DNA of 61,772 bases, counting the filler. It is 7 parts of 7 records of this genome, joined end to end, with 100 filler letters (N's around TTAATTAATTAA, not from the genome) between each part and the next. Parts side by side here need not be neighbours in the genome. Positions count along the whole stretch, not along the records: positions 47,722 to 53,493 come from SRR31156797_24492; positions 53,594 to 61,772 come from SRR31156797_24495; 5 more parts are not named here. The stretch is one strand, 5' to 3'. The position numbers and the translations under genes were made by a program. Of the stretch, positions 49,697 to 60,217 are shown piece by piece (the stretch's first letter is position 1; each line of letters opens with the position of its first letter). A model generated the notes under the pieces. The model was not told the DNA's origin, searched no databases, and was given only the letters and a program-made list of their open reading frames with translations.

Positions 49697-50299
49697 ATGA
49701 AAAACAACAACAAGAGGCTTCCCGCGGCCGAGCGGAAAAAACAAATCCTGAAATGCGCGGTCAAGGTTTTTGCCGGGTCCAATTATTACATGGCCAAAAT
49801 GTCGGATATAGCCAGGGAAGCGGGCATTTCCGAAGCCATGGTCTATAAGCATTTTCGTTCAAAAAAAGAGATTTTCCTGGCCGTCCTTCAGCATATGTCA
49901 ACCAGGATCATTACATTCTGGGAAAACGAAATTGACCCTGATCTAAGCTCGCTTGAGAAACTTCGGGCCATGGGCTTGGGTTATTACTACCGCATGATCA
50001 AACACCCCAATGAGTTAAAAGTCCAGTTTCTGGCCATAGCCGGGGTTGATGACAAGGACGTCTTTAACAGGCTGAGATCGGACCACCAGGCATATATCAA
50101 TTATATTTCGAGCGTTATTCAGCAAGGCATTGATAAGGGGGAAATCCGAAAGGACGTTGACGTCAATGCACTCGCTTTTGTCTACAATGGTTCGGGCATT
50201 ATGATGAATATGATGCGCCTGCTTGCTTTCAAGCGAAAATTCAATGAAAAAACCCTTATTTACATTCTAGATAGTTTTCTTGAATCAATCAGGGCCTGA
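49697..50299 (+). CDS. TetR/AcrR family regulator
   Basis: HTH IAREAGIS...YKHF.SK; GEIR in the C-terminal domain. Confidence 0.93.
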   Translation: MKNNNKRLPAAERKKQILKCAVKVFAGSNYYMAKMSDIAREAGISEAMVYKHFRSKKEIFLAVLQHMSTRIITFWENEIDPDLSSLEKLRAMGLGYYYRMIKHPNELKVQFLAIAGVDDKDVFNRLRSDHQAYINYISSVIQQGIDKGEIRKDVDVNALAFVYNGSGIMMNMMRLLAFKRKFNEKTLIYILDSFLESIRA

Positions 50300-50327
50300 A
50301 TCCCGCAACAAAGATTAAAAAGGAGGA

Positions 50328-51611
50328 ATGATCATGTTTTATAGTGAACTGATGACCAAGGAGCAAAAGGATCTACAAAAGGAGGTGCGTAAATTTGTCA
50401 GGGAAGAGGTTTCCCACGATTTCATTCGAGCCCTTGACCGGGACGAGATACAATATCCCCGTGAATATGTGGAAAAACTGGCCGACCGCAATCTAATCGG
50501 GCTGAGATTTGATCGCAAGTGGGGCGGTCGTGGTTTGAAATGGTGCGACGAAGTTATTGTTGAAGAAGAAATCGGGGTGCTTGGTTCAACCCTGGGGTGT
50601 GCGTACGTCATGCCTTCCATTGTGGGCGAGGCCTTGCATTTTTTTGGGACCGACGAACAGAAGGAACGTTTTTTAAAACCGATTCTTAAGGGAAAATATA
50701 TTAGCGCCGAGGCCCTGACCGAGCCGCGGGGAGGATCTGATTTTTTTGGCGCAACCACCAGGGCTGAACAGGATGGAGACCATTTCATATTAAACGGACA
50801 GAAAAGGTTCGTGGTCGCGGCTACGGAAGCGGATCTATTTCTTGTGTATTGCCGAACGAATTTTGATCCGAATGCTCACAAATACAGTACTTTGAGCGCT
50901 TTCATCGTGGAACGGGGACCAGGAATTGAAACCGAATACAACTACGGTCTTCTGGGCACAAGGGGTGGAGGAACCGGCAGGCTTGTATTTCGGAATGTAA
51001 GAGTGCCGAAAGAGAATCTCATTGGAGAACTTCACGGGGGCGCCCTGGTTTTTAACCAGATGATGATACCCGAAAGGTTAACGTCGGCGGCCGCGAGCCT
51101 GGGCGTGCGCGCCGGCCTTGAAATAGCGGCGCGTTACAGCGACAAGCGCTATGCCTTTGGCAAACCCATTCGTAAATATCAATCGGTCAGCAACATGGTC
51201 AGCGACGCCATAACGCAGTTGGATGCCGCGAGGGCGCTTGTTTACATGGCCGCCCGCGCTGTGGATGAAGATGCGCCCAATGCCAGGCGACTGGTCAGCG
51301 AAGCCAAGAAATTCGCCACAGATACAGGCTGGATGGTGGCGAACAAGGCCATGCAGATCATGGGCGGCATTGGCTACACTGATGTTTATCCGATTGAAAA
51401 AATGATTCGCGACACCAGGTTGAGCCAGATATGGACCGGGACCAATGAAATAATGGGCCTGATGATCCAGCATGAATACTATAAGGAAGTTCTTGCCGAC
51501 GAAGACGAAAAACGCAAGGTTGAACTGGACGCCGCCGGCATAGACGGCGACGCTGAAAAATGTTTTACGGACGAAGATATGTGGCGAGTGCACGGCTCGA
51601 TGGAGCAATAA
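50328..51611 (+). CDS. Acyl-CoA dehydrogenase
   Basis: LTEPRGGSD, LNGQKRF, ERL, R.AFGKPI, QIMGGIGY, IWTGTNEI. Confidence 0.92.
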   Translation: MIMFYSELMTKEQKDLQKEVRKFVREEVSHDFIRALDRDEIQYPREYVEKLADRNLIGLRFDRKWGGRGLKWCDEVIVEEEIGVLGSTLGCAYVMPSIVGEALHFFGTDEQKERFLKPILKGKYISAEALTEPRGGSDFFGATTRAEQDGDHFILNGQKRFVVAATEADLFLVYCRTNFDPNAHKYSTLSAFIVERGPGIETEYNYGLLGTRGGGTGRLVFRNVRVPKENLIGELHGGALVFNQMMIPERLTSAAASLGVRAGLEIAARYSDKRYAFGKPIRKYQSVSNMVSDAITQLDAARALVYMAARAVDEDAPNARRLVSEAKKFATDTGWMVANKAMQIMGGIGYTDVYPIEKMIRDTRLSQIWTGTNEIMGLMIQHEYYKEVLADEDEKRKVELDAAGIDGDAEKCFTDEDMWRVHGSMEQ

Positions 51612-51672
51612 CGGCGTCGGTCAATAATTAAGATGATTTCAACATTGTCGGAACAGGCGGAAAAAAGCGGCC

Positions 51673-51849
51673 ATGGCGTATATTATAGATCATAATCAAT
51701 GCAGTGGATGTAAGGCATGTATGGATGAGTGCGTCATGGGCGCCATTGAAGAAAACGAAGACGGCGTTATGGCGATTGACGGCGAAATTTGCACCGATTG
51801 CGGCGGATGTGCGGATATTTGCCCCGAAGGCGCCATACGCGGCTCATGA
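51673..51849 (+). CDS. 2x[4Fe-4S] ferredoxin (58 aa, below the ORF-track cutoff)
   Basis: MAYIIDHNQCSGCKACMDECVMGAI...CTDCGGCADICPEGAIRGS. Confidence 0.92.
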   Translation: MAYIIDHNQCSGCKACMDECVMGAIEENEDGVMAIDGEICTDCGGCADICPEGAIRGS

Positions 51850-51903
51850 TGCCGCCCGATTAATCCGCCCATAATAAGACGTGATGTATAGAGTGAGGAG
51901 GGA

Positions 51904-52746
51904 ATGATGGAAAGCAAAATTGAAAACTATCTGAACTTGGAACTCTATCCTGTGGCGCTTATCTGGTCGAATGATAAACCCGAGAATGCCCTTCAGTTAA
52001 AAGCGGGTAAATACGCCTGCGCCATGCATCTTGTGGCTCAGGCCGCCAAAGGAAGAACCGCGGTAATAGATGCTGAAACGTGCGGCTGCGTCACGGCCGC
52101 GTCAGCTTTTGGTTTTGGTAAATTTGAAGACAAATGGCCGTTGGATATGGATTATTATTACGCATTCCTTTCATGTGGAATGAAAGACAGGGGCATCGAT
52201 GATGGGTTGAAAGAATTAATTAATGCAGCTTCAAAAAAGGGGTCGGCGCCCCAGAATATGGTCCATCTCCTGCTGGAGGGTGAAGGTTATAAAAAAACCA
52301 GGGAGTTGGTAAAAAAACATGTCGATTCGTGGCCTGTCTTTCAGATTAAAGAAAAGTATGTTGTGATGAAGCCTCTTAAAGAAGTAGATTCTCAAAAGGA
52401 AACCCCTGTACAAATAATATTCTTCGCAAATCCGAATCAGCTTTCCGCTCTTATTACCCTGGCCAATTGCTCGACAGGAAGGTCTGATATGGTAAAAGTA
52501 GGCGGAGGATCGGCATGCCAGGATGTTGCATTATTTGCCTATCAGGAGTCACAGGAAAAGACTCCCCGGGCAATCATCGGATTTAAAGATATATTTGCGC
52601 GTAATAATCTTAAGCGCACCATCGGGCAGGATAAAATGAACTTCACCGTGCCAATGCAGCTCTTTATGACCATGGAGGATGATGCTGATGAAAGCTTGCT
52701 TGTAAGGCATACCTGGAAGGAATTGTTACAACCCATCCCCAAATAA
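51904..52746 (+). CDS. DUF169-family protein
   Basis: L.LYPVA, C...C.C.....GFG, EGY.K, NPNQLS.L, ACQ, G..D..AR. Confidence 0.75.
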   Translation: MMESKIENYLNLELYPVALIWSNDKPENALQLKAGKYACAMHLVAQAAKGRTAVIDAETCGCVTAASAFGFGKFEDKWPLDMDYYYAFLSCGMKDRGIDDGLKELINAASKKGSAPQNMVHLLLEGEGYKKTRELVKKHVDSWPVFQIKEKYVVMKPLKEVDSQKETPVQIIFFANPNQLSALITLANCSTGRSDMVKVGGGSACQDVALFAYQESQEKTPRAIIGFKDIFARNNLKRTIGQDKMNFTVPMQLFMTMEDDADESLLVRHTWKELLQPIPK

Positions 52747-52797
52747 TTCTATGGCCCGATTTTTGATTATCTTTCACAACAGGCTTTTGGAGGGAAC

Positions 52798-53493
52798 ATG
52801 ACAGAGAAACCTATAAATGGAGATTTTTCAGGGTTTTATTATGCAAATCTTGATAGATTTATGACCGACTTTAACAAAATCAAATTAGCTGTAGTTGATT
52901 ATATTTCAAAACAATCATCCTCGGAAACCGCGAACGATATCGGCAATGAAGCTGAATTAAATTTTAAGAACATTCTGCCTGAATTACCTTTTGTTGGCGG
53001 CGATGCTCACCCCGGGACCAGATTTATAGTGACCGCCGGCCAATGGATAGCTGTTTATAAATCAATGTTTAAAAGAGGTTATAAGGCTCTGGAAGTCGGC
53101 CGCATGATGTATTCTATTTACGAAGATCAACTGAAAGACATTCCGCCGGATGAATTGGAAAAACAAAAAGCATTAACATTTAATGACGAGTATATAAATA
53201 TCCTGAAACAGTGGGCTGATAGCACGTCTCCATATGAATGTGATTGGAAAGTTGATTTTATTGAAGGAGACGGGGTTGATTTCGATTACGGCCTTGATTA
53301 TCGAGCATGTCCTTGTTTTGAACTTTTCAAGGCTCAAAAGGCCAAACAACTTGCACCGTTTTTTTGCTTGCTCGACTTTCCGGAGGCCAGGCAGTTGAAC
53401 AGCGGATTCTTCCGCACCAAAACTATAGCCCAGGGGGATGACATCTGCAACTTTCGCTTCAAAAGGGGCAAAGAGGTGGTTCAGAACTGGGAC
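52798..53493 (+). CDS. ATC-hydrolase-like family protein (3'-truncated)
   Basis: GLDY..C, FC.LD, RTKTIAQG...CNFRF. Confidence 0.75.
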
Positions 53494-53593
53494 NNNNNNN
53501 NNNNNNNNNNNNNNNNNNNNNNNNNNNNNNNNNNNNNTTAATTAATTAANNNNNNNNNNNNNNNNNNNNNNNNNNNNNNNNNNNNNNNNNNNN
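53494..53593. other. Artificial contig spacer
   Basis: 100-nt N run containing TTAATTAATTAA. Confidence 0.98.
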
Positions 53594-54046
53594 AGTGGTG
53601 TCCCTGAACTGCTGGTAAGTATCAACACCCACCAAACCGATGACCCTATCCTGCATTTTGGATGCGGCATCAATAATCACATCCCCACCCATGGAATGAC
53701 CAATGAGAATCACTTTATCCAGATTCAGTTTATCAACCACAGCCACCACGTCATCACCAAAGGAGTTGATGGTAAAGTTTTCACGGTCGGTGCCTGATTT
53801 TCCATGGCCGCCATAATCCAAGGTTATCACCCGATAGTTTTTGCTGAACTCCGGCACCTGATTTTTCCAGTAGCTTTTATCGCACGACCAGCCATGGACA
53901 AATACCAGTGAGATGTCGCCACTACCCTGGTCGGTGTAACTGATTTGCAGGCCGTCGGAAGAGGTGGCAAAATCTTCATGGGTTTTATTACAAGATGCAA
54001 TGCAAAATCCGCATGCAAGTAGAATTGAGATAAAATTTAATTTCAT
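53594..54046 (-). CDS. Alpha/beta hydrolase lipoprotein (3'-truncated)
   Basis: Lipobox IASC, FVHGW, GHGKS, GHSMGG. Confidence 0.88.
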
Positions 54047-54223
54047 AGCGACAATAAAATTAACGTTGGGGTTACAATGATACGGATTTACTATAAGATT
54101 CGGCACTTGTCATCAAAAAATTAAGTGTTTACAGAAGTTATTAAACAAATAAGAAAATCTATGACCGGTAATTGGACAGGATTATTGGCGTAAGTCACCC
54201 CGATTAGTTAGCATGCCATTGAC

Positions 54224-54982
54224 CTATGGGAGAATTCCGTGTTTATGGAGATGTAAAATCAGATCGGAGATAGTTTTAAATTCTGTCTTTTTCAGGATAT
54301 TTCCACGATGCGTATTTACCGTAAAAATGCTCAGTGATAATTTTTCCGCAATTTGTTCAGTATTCAATCCTTGCTCTATCATCAATATAATCTCAAATTC
54401 ACGACTAGTGAATGGGCTCCCGATCATTAACAATTCTTCATCCGGAAATCTGAATTTTTTTAAATCATCACCAATATAGTAATGATAACCATTTTTCCGC
54501 TTATTAAGAGTATCAATATCAGTATGAAGTAAAAAAAGAAAAACCGTATGATGAAGCTCGCTATAGAAAAAATACAACTGAAAAAGTATATCACGAAACT
54601 CCCCCAGAAAATTTCTTATCCTTATGTTAGTTGAAAATAAATAGGTTCCGGATTTAGCAGTAAACAGACTATTGCCAATACTTAACATTTTCGCCCTTCC
54701 CAAGGTATGCCTTTTTAGATCGTCAGGATGGGTGGCTTCAAAAAAATGATAGGGAGTAAATTCTTCCGGAGTAATACCAAACATCTGCATACTTCTTTGG
54801 CTTACCCAGATTATCTTTAGCTCGATGAGGTTGACAATAATGAAAAACTGGTTGTTTACTTGTGTTAGTTCTTCAATTTCCAATATCAAAGGATCATTAC
54901 GATCAATCTTCCTAAAGCCTGTTGGCAAGTAGTTTTCGATGAATTTGTAAAACAGACTATAGTCTTGATTATCTTTTGTCAT
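54224..54982 (-). CDS. PAS-like plus LuxR HTH transcriptional regulator
   Basis: THPDD PAS-like segment; FTSREFEI...IAEKLSLS..TVNTHRGNILKK. Confidence 0.88.
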   Translation of the reverse strand: MTKDNQDYSLFYKFIENYLPTGFRKIDRNDPLILEIEELTQVNNQFFIIVNLIELKIIWVSQRSMQMFGITPEEFTPYHFFEATHPDDLKRHTLGRAKMLSIGNSLFTAKSGTYLFSTNIRIRNFLGEFRDILFQLYFFYSELHHTVFLFLLHTDIDTLNKRKNGYHYYIGDDLKKFRFPDEELLMIGSPFTSREFEIILMIEQGLNTEQIAEKLSLSIFTVNTHRGNILKKTEFKTISDLILHLHKHGILP

Positions 54983-55031
54983 TTACCTTTTCAGTATATA
55001 CAATGTTATTTGAACTACTTAAAATATATTG

Positions 55032-55084
55032 CAAAAATACGGATTAATAAGTATTGTATGGGATTACCCTGAAACGTATTTTTG
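55032..55084. promoter_or_regulatory. Divergent Bacteroidota -7 promoter elements
   Basis: TATTTTTG on the minus strand at 55032-55039 (luxR) and on the plus strand at 55077-55084 (DUF1254 operon). Confidence 0.6.
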
Positions 55085-55233
55085 TGCCCGAGAAAAACGA
55101 GGCTTATTTTTACTCTCGAATTTTTCTATCATAAACTTATATCAATTATTAAAACTATGAACTGCAAGCTTTTAATTGCTGTAATTTTCCTGTCAAAGTT
55201 CATTACCTCATTAACTATAGAAACAAATTAATC

Positions 55234-56748
55234 ATGAAGAAAAAAATAGTAAATATCCTTGCTTTAGCAGTGAGTTGTGTATTCGCAGTAACGACTACTT
55301 ACTCACAAAATGAAAAAAAATCAGCAGTGCCTTTGAGTTCAATTGGAATGGCAGATAAAATTGAAACAACTGTCGGTAAATTGGAGTTTTTCGATGGAGT
55401 TCCATCAGATGCTACCATCGATAAACTTTATGACAATCTCGATCTTATGCGTGCTGTACAGGTATTTCTGAATAATCAAGGTGCTGGATCTCTGAATGCA
55501 ATGCGTAAAGGCAATGCCGGCATCGGTGCCAATAGTTCGAACAAGGTATCAATTACCGAACATTTGCTTAAATCTGAGTCACTATATCTGACCGGGAATA
55601 CTTCAACATTGTACGCACTTACATATTTGGACTTGAAATCTGAAGGTCCGTTGGTGGTTGAACTACCACCTGGTATGTTGGGCTTTATTGATGATGCCTG
55701 GTTTAGGTTTGTTGGAAATATGGGTGCAATAGGACCAGACAAGGGAAAAGGAGGCAAGTATCTGTTTTTACCTCCAGGCTATACAGGTACAGTACCTGAG
55801 GGTTATTTTGTAATCAATCCGGCAACTTACAACAATCTCATGTTCCTACGTGGATCAATCAAAAATGGGTTGCCCCCAGCTGTTAAAAACATCAAAGACA
55901 ATCTTAAAATTTATTCACTGGCACAAGCTGCAAATCCACCGGCAACTGAGTTTATTAATTTTTCAGGTAAAAAATACAGTACGCTTGTAAACAATGATGT
56001 GAGTTTCTATGAAGATCTTAACACACTTGTGCAAGAAGAGCCTATTGATGCAATTGATTCAGAAGCGAGAGGCTTGTTGGCATCCATCGGCATTGTGAAA
56101 GGGAAGCCATTTGCACCAGATGCCAGAATGACCAAAATACTTAATGAGGCAGCAATTATTGGAGCTGCCACTGCGCGAGCCATTACATACCAGCCACGCA
56201 TAGACGGTGTGTTTATTTATCCTGAAACCAATAGCGCATGGACAACAGCCTATGCAAACAAAAACACTTCGTTCATCGAGAATGGAGCTGCGGGCCTGGA
56301 TGCCCGTGTGTTGTTTTATTATAACGCAACGGGTGTAACGCCAGCCATGGCAACTACACATGCAGGAGCAGGTTCCGACTATGCATTGGCTTATCTGGAT
56401 GCTAATAAAAAAGCGTTTGATGGCTCCAAGACCTACAAACTTCATATTCCTGCAAATGTTCCTGTCAATGATTTTTGGGCAGCAACCCTGTACGATACCC
56501 AAACACGTTCGTTGTTGCAGACAAGCCAAACGTTTCCGACAGTGGGAAGCCAAAATAAGGATATAGAGAAAAATGCGGATGGCTCCTATGATCTTTACTT
56601 TGCCCCAAAGGCACCCAAAGGCAAAGAGGGCAATTGGTTGCAAACTTTACCGGGCAAAAGCTGGTTTGTCATTTTGAGGTTGTACGGACCACTTGAACCA
56701 TGGATAAACAAAACCTGGAGACCAAGCGAGATTGAGTTGGTAAAATAA
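55234..56748 (+). CDS. DUF1254/DUF1214 domain secreted protein
   Basis: TGNTST.Y, GPLVVE.PP, GPDKGKGGKYL..PP, FW..TLYD, NWLQT.PGK.WF..LRLYGP. Confidence 0.88.
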   Translation: MKKKIVNILALAVSCVFAVTTTYSQNEKKSAVPLSSIGMADKIETTVGKLEFFDGVPSDATIDKLYDNLDLMRAVQVFLNNQGAGSLNAMRKGNAGIGANSSNKVSITEHLLKSESLYLTGNTSTLYALTYLDLKSEGPLVVELPPGMLGFIDDAWFRFVGNMGAIGPDKGKGGKYLFLPPGYTGTVPEGYFVINPATYNNLMFLRGSIKNGLPPAVKNIKDNLKIYSLAQAANPPATEFINFSGKKYSTLVNNDVSFYEDLNTLVQEEPIDAIDSEARGLLASIGIVKGKPFAPDARMTKILNEAAIIGAATARAITYQPRIDGVFIYPETNSAWTTAYANKNTSFIENGAAGLDARVLFYYNATGVTPAMATTHAGAGSDYALAYLDANKKAFDGSKTYKLHIPANVPVNDFWAATLYDTQTRSLLQTSQTFPTVGSQNKDIEKNADGSYDLYFAPKAPKGKEGNWLQTLPGKSWFVILRLYGPLEPWINKTWRPSEIELVK

Positions 56749-56802
56749 TAACAGTTCTAATTCATATATACTAACCCTTTTAATTTTATAAATCCAGGAA
56801 TC

Positions 56803-58284
56803 ATGAAAAATAACTATTTAAAGATTATTGCATTAACGCTTATTGGTGGTTTTACACTGATGACGAGTTGTACACAAACTGAGAAGAAAACCGCTGAAGC
56901 TACACCCGATCTTGAAGCAATTGCTGAGCGTGCCTACCTTTATGGTTTGCAACAGGCAATTTATTATGGACAGCGCTGGACCTACACCCAAAATGACACC
57001 AAGGACAATATCGTTTATTCAGGTTTGAACCAATTTGCATGGGTTCGTAAACAAATTACTCCAGACTATCCGGTGGTTACCCCAAATGCAACAACACTTT
57101 ACGGTGCTGGCTTTATGGACCTTCGTGAAGGTCCGGTGGTTGTAGAAGTGCCGGAAATCACAGATCGCTACTACAGTTTTCAGGTTCAGGATCAATACGG
57201 TATCTTCCGGTTGATTGTTGGTTCGCCTTTCAACGGCACAAAAGCACGTAAATACATTTTGGTGCCGCCAGATTTTACCGGCAATATTCCGGCAGATTTC
57301 CCGACCACTGATATCATCCAATGGCCATTTAAGACCGCTTTTGCTCTTGCAAGGATGGCTCTTATGACTTCAACCGATGCTGAAATCAAGAAAATAAACG
57401 GTTACCAGGATCAGTTGACGATGACTCCTCTGGCAGATTGGTTGGCTAATGGCCATAAGGGCATCCCCCAAGCTGATAGAAAAATAGTAAAAGGCGATTT
57501 TCCAATCCCTGATGGTTTGCCTGAGTATCAATTTGGTCAGGTTGACAAACAGACTGCCGAACAATATTATACGCTACTCAGTGTAATTCTTAACGACCCA
57601 ACCATGCCACTCATTAAAGATTCTAAGATGGAGGCCGAAATGGTAGAGCAGCTTAAGGTATTCAATATTGGAAAGGGGCTTTCTTTTGAATGGGACAAGC
57701 TGACACCGGAGCAGCAAACAGCATTGCAGAACGGTTTTAAGGCTGGATTTGACAATGTTCGCAAGACACTAAAAACAAATATGATCAATATGAATGGTTG
57801 GGGAGTTGTCCGCAATGATGGTAGCTTTGAAACTAAATGGATGGATCGTGCAATCATTGCCGATGCAGCTTGGGGTGCGCCAGACAAGAACATATCGCAT
57901 GGTGGCGCATTTTTGTTTGCTGATGCCGATGGCAAGCCATTCAGTGGTAAAAACAAATACACCCTGACTTTTGACATGAACGATTTGCCGCCGGTAACTC
58001 AGTTCTGGTCAATACCAATCTATGACGCCAACGGCTATTTTGTTGCCAACGAAATTAATAGATACACGGTTAATAGCTTCATGTTAGCATCTGGCGAATT
58101 AAAAGCCAAAAACGGCAAACTGGTAATTTATATCCAGCATGAAAAGCCTTCCGATCCGGAACAAGCTAAGAATTGGCTGCCGGCACCTGCAGAAGGATTT
58201 CGTTTCACATCGCGCTTCTATGGGCCTTATGCGCCACTTACCAATGGCACCTATAACATGCCTAAGGTATATAAGGTTAATTAA
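56803..58284 (+). CDS. DUF1254/DUF1214 domain lipoprotein
   Basis: Lipobox MTSC, VVTPN.TTLY, P.VVEVP...RYYS, PPV..FWS..YD, NWLPAP, RFYGP. Confidence 0.88.
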   Translation: MKNNYLKIIALTLIGGFTLMTSCTQTEKKTAEATPDLEAIAERAYLYGLQQAIYYGQRWTYTQNDTKDNIVYSGLNQFAWVRKQITPDYPVVTPNATTLYGAGFMDLREGPVVVEVPEITDRYYSFQVQDQYGIFRLIVGSPFNGTKARKYILVPPDFTGNIPADFPTTDIIQWPFKTAFALARMALMTSTDAEIKKINGYQDQLTMTPLADWLANGHKGIPQADRKIVKGDFPIPDGLPEYQFGQVDKQTAEQYYTLLSVILNDPTMPLIKDSKMEAEMVEQLKVFNIGKGLSFEWDKLTPEQQTALQNGFKAGFDNVRKTLKTNMINMNGWGVVRNDGSFETKWMDRAIIADAAWGAPDKNISHGGAFLFADADGKPFSGKNKYTLTFDMNDLPPVTQFWSIPIYDANGYFVANEINRYTVNSFMLASGELKAKNGKLVIYIQHEKPSDPEQAKNWLPAPAEGFRFTSRFYGPYAPLTNGTYNMPKVYKVN

Positions 58285-58314
58285 ATCGGAATAATAGCTA
58301 TAATTGAAAAAATC

Positions 58315-59838
58315 ATGAAAATAAATTCATTAAAAACACTTGTAACACTTGTTATTGGCTTATCCGTAACGATTTCTGGATATGCGCAAACTGACAAGAA
58401 CTTGTCGAGAGAAGCACAAAAAACCAAAGCGGCGTCTATTCCTGATAAAGTACAAACCGTTGCCGGAGAACTTCAATTTTTTGATGGAGTGCCGATAGGC
58501 AATACAAACGATTTGGTTTACGACTACCTAAATCGTGCACGTGCAGTCGATGTTTATCTCGATAACATTGGAGCCGTTTCGATATACAGTGTATTGGCAG
58601 GAATGGCAGAGCAAGGTGCTGATGCACCGAATAAAATTGCAATCTGGGAACAACTCATGGATTCAAGGACTCCTGTAATTACCTCCAATACTTCAACAAT
58701 GTACGCTTATGGCAGTACCGATTTGGCCAAGGATGGTCCTACGGTAATTGAAATTCCACCGGGTATGCTTGGCTTTTTGGACGATGCATGGCAACGTTAT
58801 GTAGGAGATATGGGACTTACCGGACCCGACAGAGGTAAAGGCGGTAAATACCTTTTGTTGCCTCCGGGATATACAGGTGATGTACCGGAAGGTTATTTTA
58901 TTCTAAAACCTCGGACCAATAAAAACTTCCTCTTTCTGAGAGGCTCAATCAAAGATGGATTGGAAGCTGCGGTGGACAATTTCAAAAAAGGATTGAAAAT
59001 TTATCCATTAAAGGATAAAGACAATCCTGCACCCACAGAATTGGTCAACATGTCTGGTAGGTCGTTTAGTACTATATTTCCGAGTGACCTGAAGTATTAT
59101 GAGATTTTGAATACCATCATCCAGGATGAACCGCTTGATGCAATAAGTCCAGAGGTTCGTGGAGAGATAGCATCAATTGGTATTATAAAAGGCAAACCTT
59201 TCGATCCTGATGAAAATATGAAAAAACTCCTCAATGAGGCCGCCATTCTGGGCAATGCAGCTGGGCGTTCTATCACCTACGATCCCAGAATATCAGGTGT
59301 TTTCATCTATCCAGAATCAGAAAGCAATTGGGTGATGGGCTATGCGAATAAGAACACCTCCTTTGAAGCGGAGGGCGCTATGAACTTAGATGCACGCGTT
59401 CTGTTTTATTACAATGCCGGAGGTGTAACACCCGCTATGGCAGTGACACGTGCCGGTGTCGGTTCTGATTATGCATTGGGAATGCTAGACGGTAACGATA
59501 AGCCATTTGATGGTTCAAAGACCTACAAATTGCACTTACCACCTAATGTTCCGGTAAATAATTTCTGGGCGGTTACGCTTTATGACACGCAAACACGTTG
59601 TCAGTTGCAAACCAGTCAATTGTTCCCAACAAAAGGAAGTCAAACCGATGGATTTGAGAAAAATGAAGACGGTTCTTATGACCTTTATTTCGCGCCTGAA
59701 GCGCCAAAAGGTAAAGAAGGAAACTGGTTACAAACCGTGCCAGGCAAAAGTTGGTTCAGTATCCTACGCATGTACGGACCACTGGAGCCTTGGATCGATA
59801 AGTCATGGAGACCAGGTGAGATTGAGATGGTAAAATAG
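58315..59838 (+). CDS. DUF1254/DUF1214 domain secreted protein (close paralog of 55234-56748)
   Basis: Same motifs as the first copy, with long shared stretches (DARVLFYYNA.GVTPAMA, APKGKEGNWLQT). Confidence 0.88.
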   Translation: MKINSLKTLVTLVIGLSVTISGYAQTDKNLSREAQKTKAASIPDKVQTVAGELQFFDGVPIGNTNDLVYDYLNRARAVDVYLDNIGAVSIYSVLAGMAEQGADAPNKIAIWEQLMDSRTPVITSNTSTMYAYGSTDLAKDGPTVIEIPPGMLGFLDDAWQRYVGDMGLTGPDRGKGGKYLLLPPGYTGDVPEGYFILKPRTNKNFLFLRGSIKDGLEAAVDNFKKGLKIYPLKDKDNPAPTELVNMSGRSFSTIFPSDLKYYEILNTIIQDEPLDAISPEVRGEIASIGIIKGKPFDPDENMKKLLNEAAILGNAAGRSITYDPRISGVFIYPESESNWVMGYANKNTSFEAEGAMNLDARVLFYYNAGGVTPAMAVTRAGVGSDYALGMLDGNDKPFDGSKTYKLHLPPNVPVNNFWAVTLYDTQTRCQLQTSQLFPTKGSQTDGFEKNEDGSYDLYFAPEAPKGKEGNWLQTVPGKSWFSILRMYGPLEPWIDKSWRPGEIEMVK

Positions 59839-59897
59839 CTTAATATAATGGGAGTGATTGTATTGTTTAGTCGCTCCCGTTTTTAAAACCATCAAAA

Positions 59898-60145
59898 ATG
59901 AAAAATGCAATACATTTCTTAATAGCATTTGTTTTTGCCCTAGGAATTTCACAAAATCTATCTGCACAAGAGGGCAATGCTGCAGAGTTGGCAGAAAAAA
60001 CCCAGAATCTGATTGCAAATATGATTAGTGTGCCTTTTCAGAACAATACAAATTTTGGTGTTGGTAAATATAACCGGAGCCAAAATATACTGAATATCCA
60101 GCCAGTATTGCCAGTCAGTCTTGGGAGATAGAATCTGATTAACCT
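59898..60145 (+). pseudogene. Truncated outer-membrane beta-barrel/transporter gene
   Basis: Signal peptide, then QN.IANMISVPFQNN...LNIQPV.P; TAG falls where W of WNLI is expected, and similarity ends shortly after. Confidence 0.6.
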
Positions 60146-60217
60146 AGCATTCAGCATTTAAAATTTACAATCAAGTTACATACAAACCGAACAGAAATAA
60201 TTCAACATCATTAAAAA

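Noticed and set aside
9296-53593. Six identical TTAATTAATTAA motifs inside N runs as a biological repeat
   Set aside because: These are artificial six-frame-stop linkers. Genes on different sides are not neighbours, so no cross-contig system was inferred.
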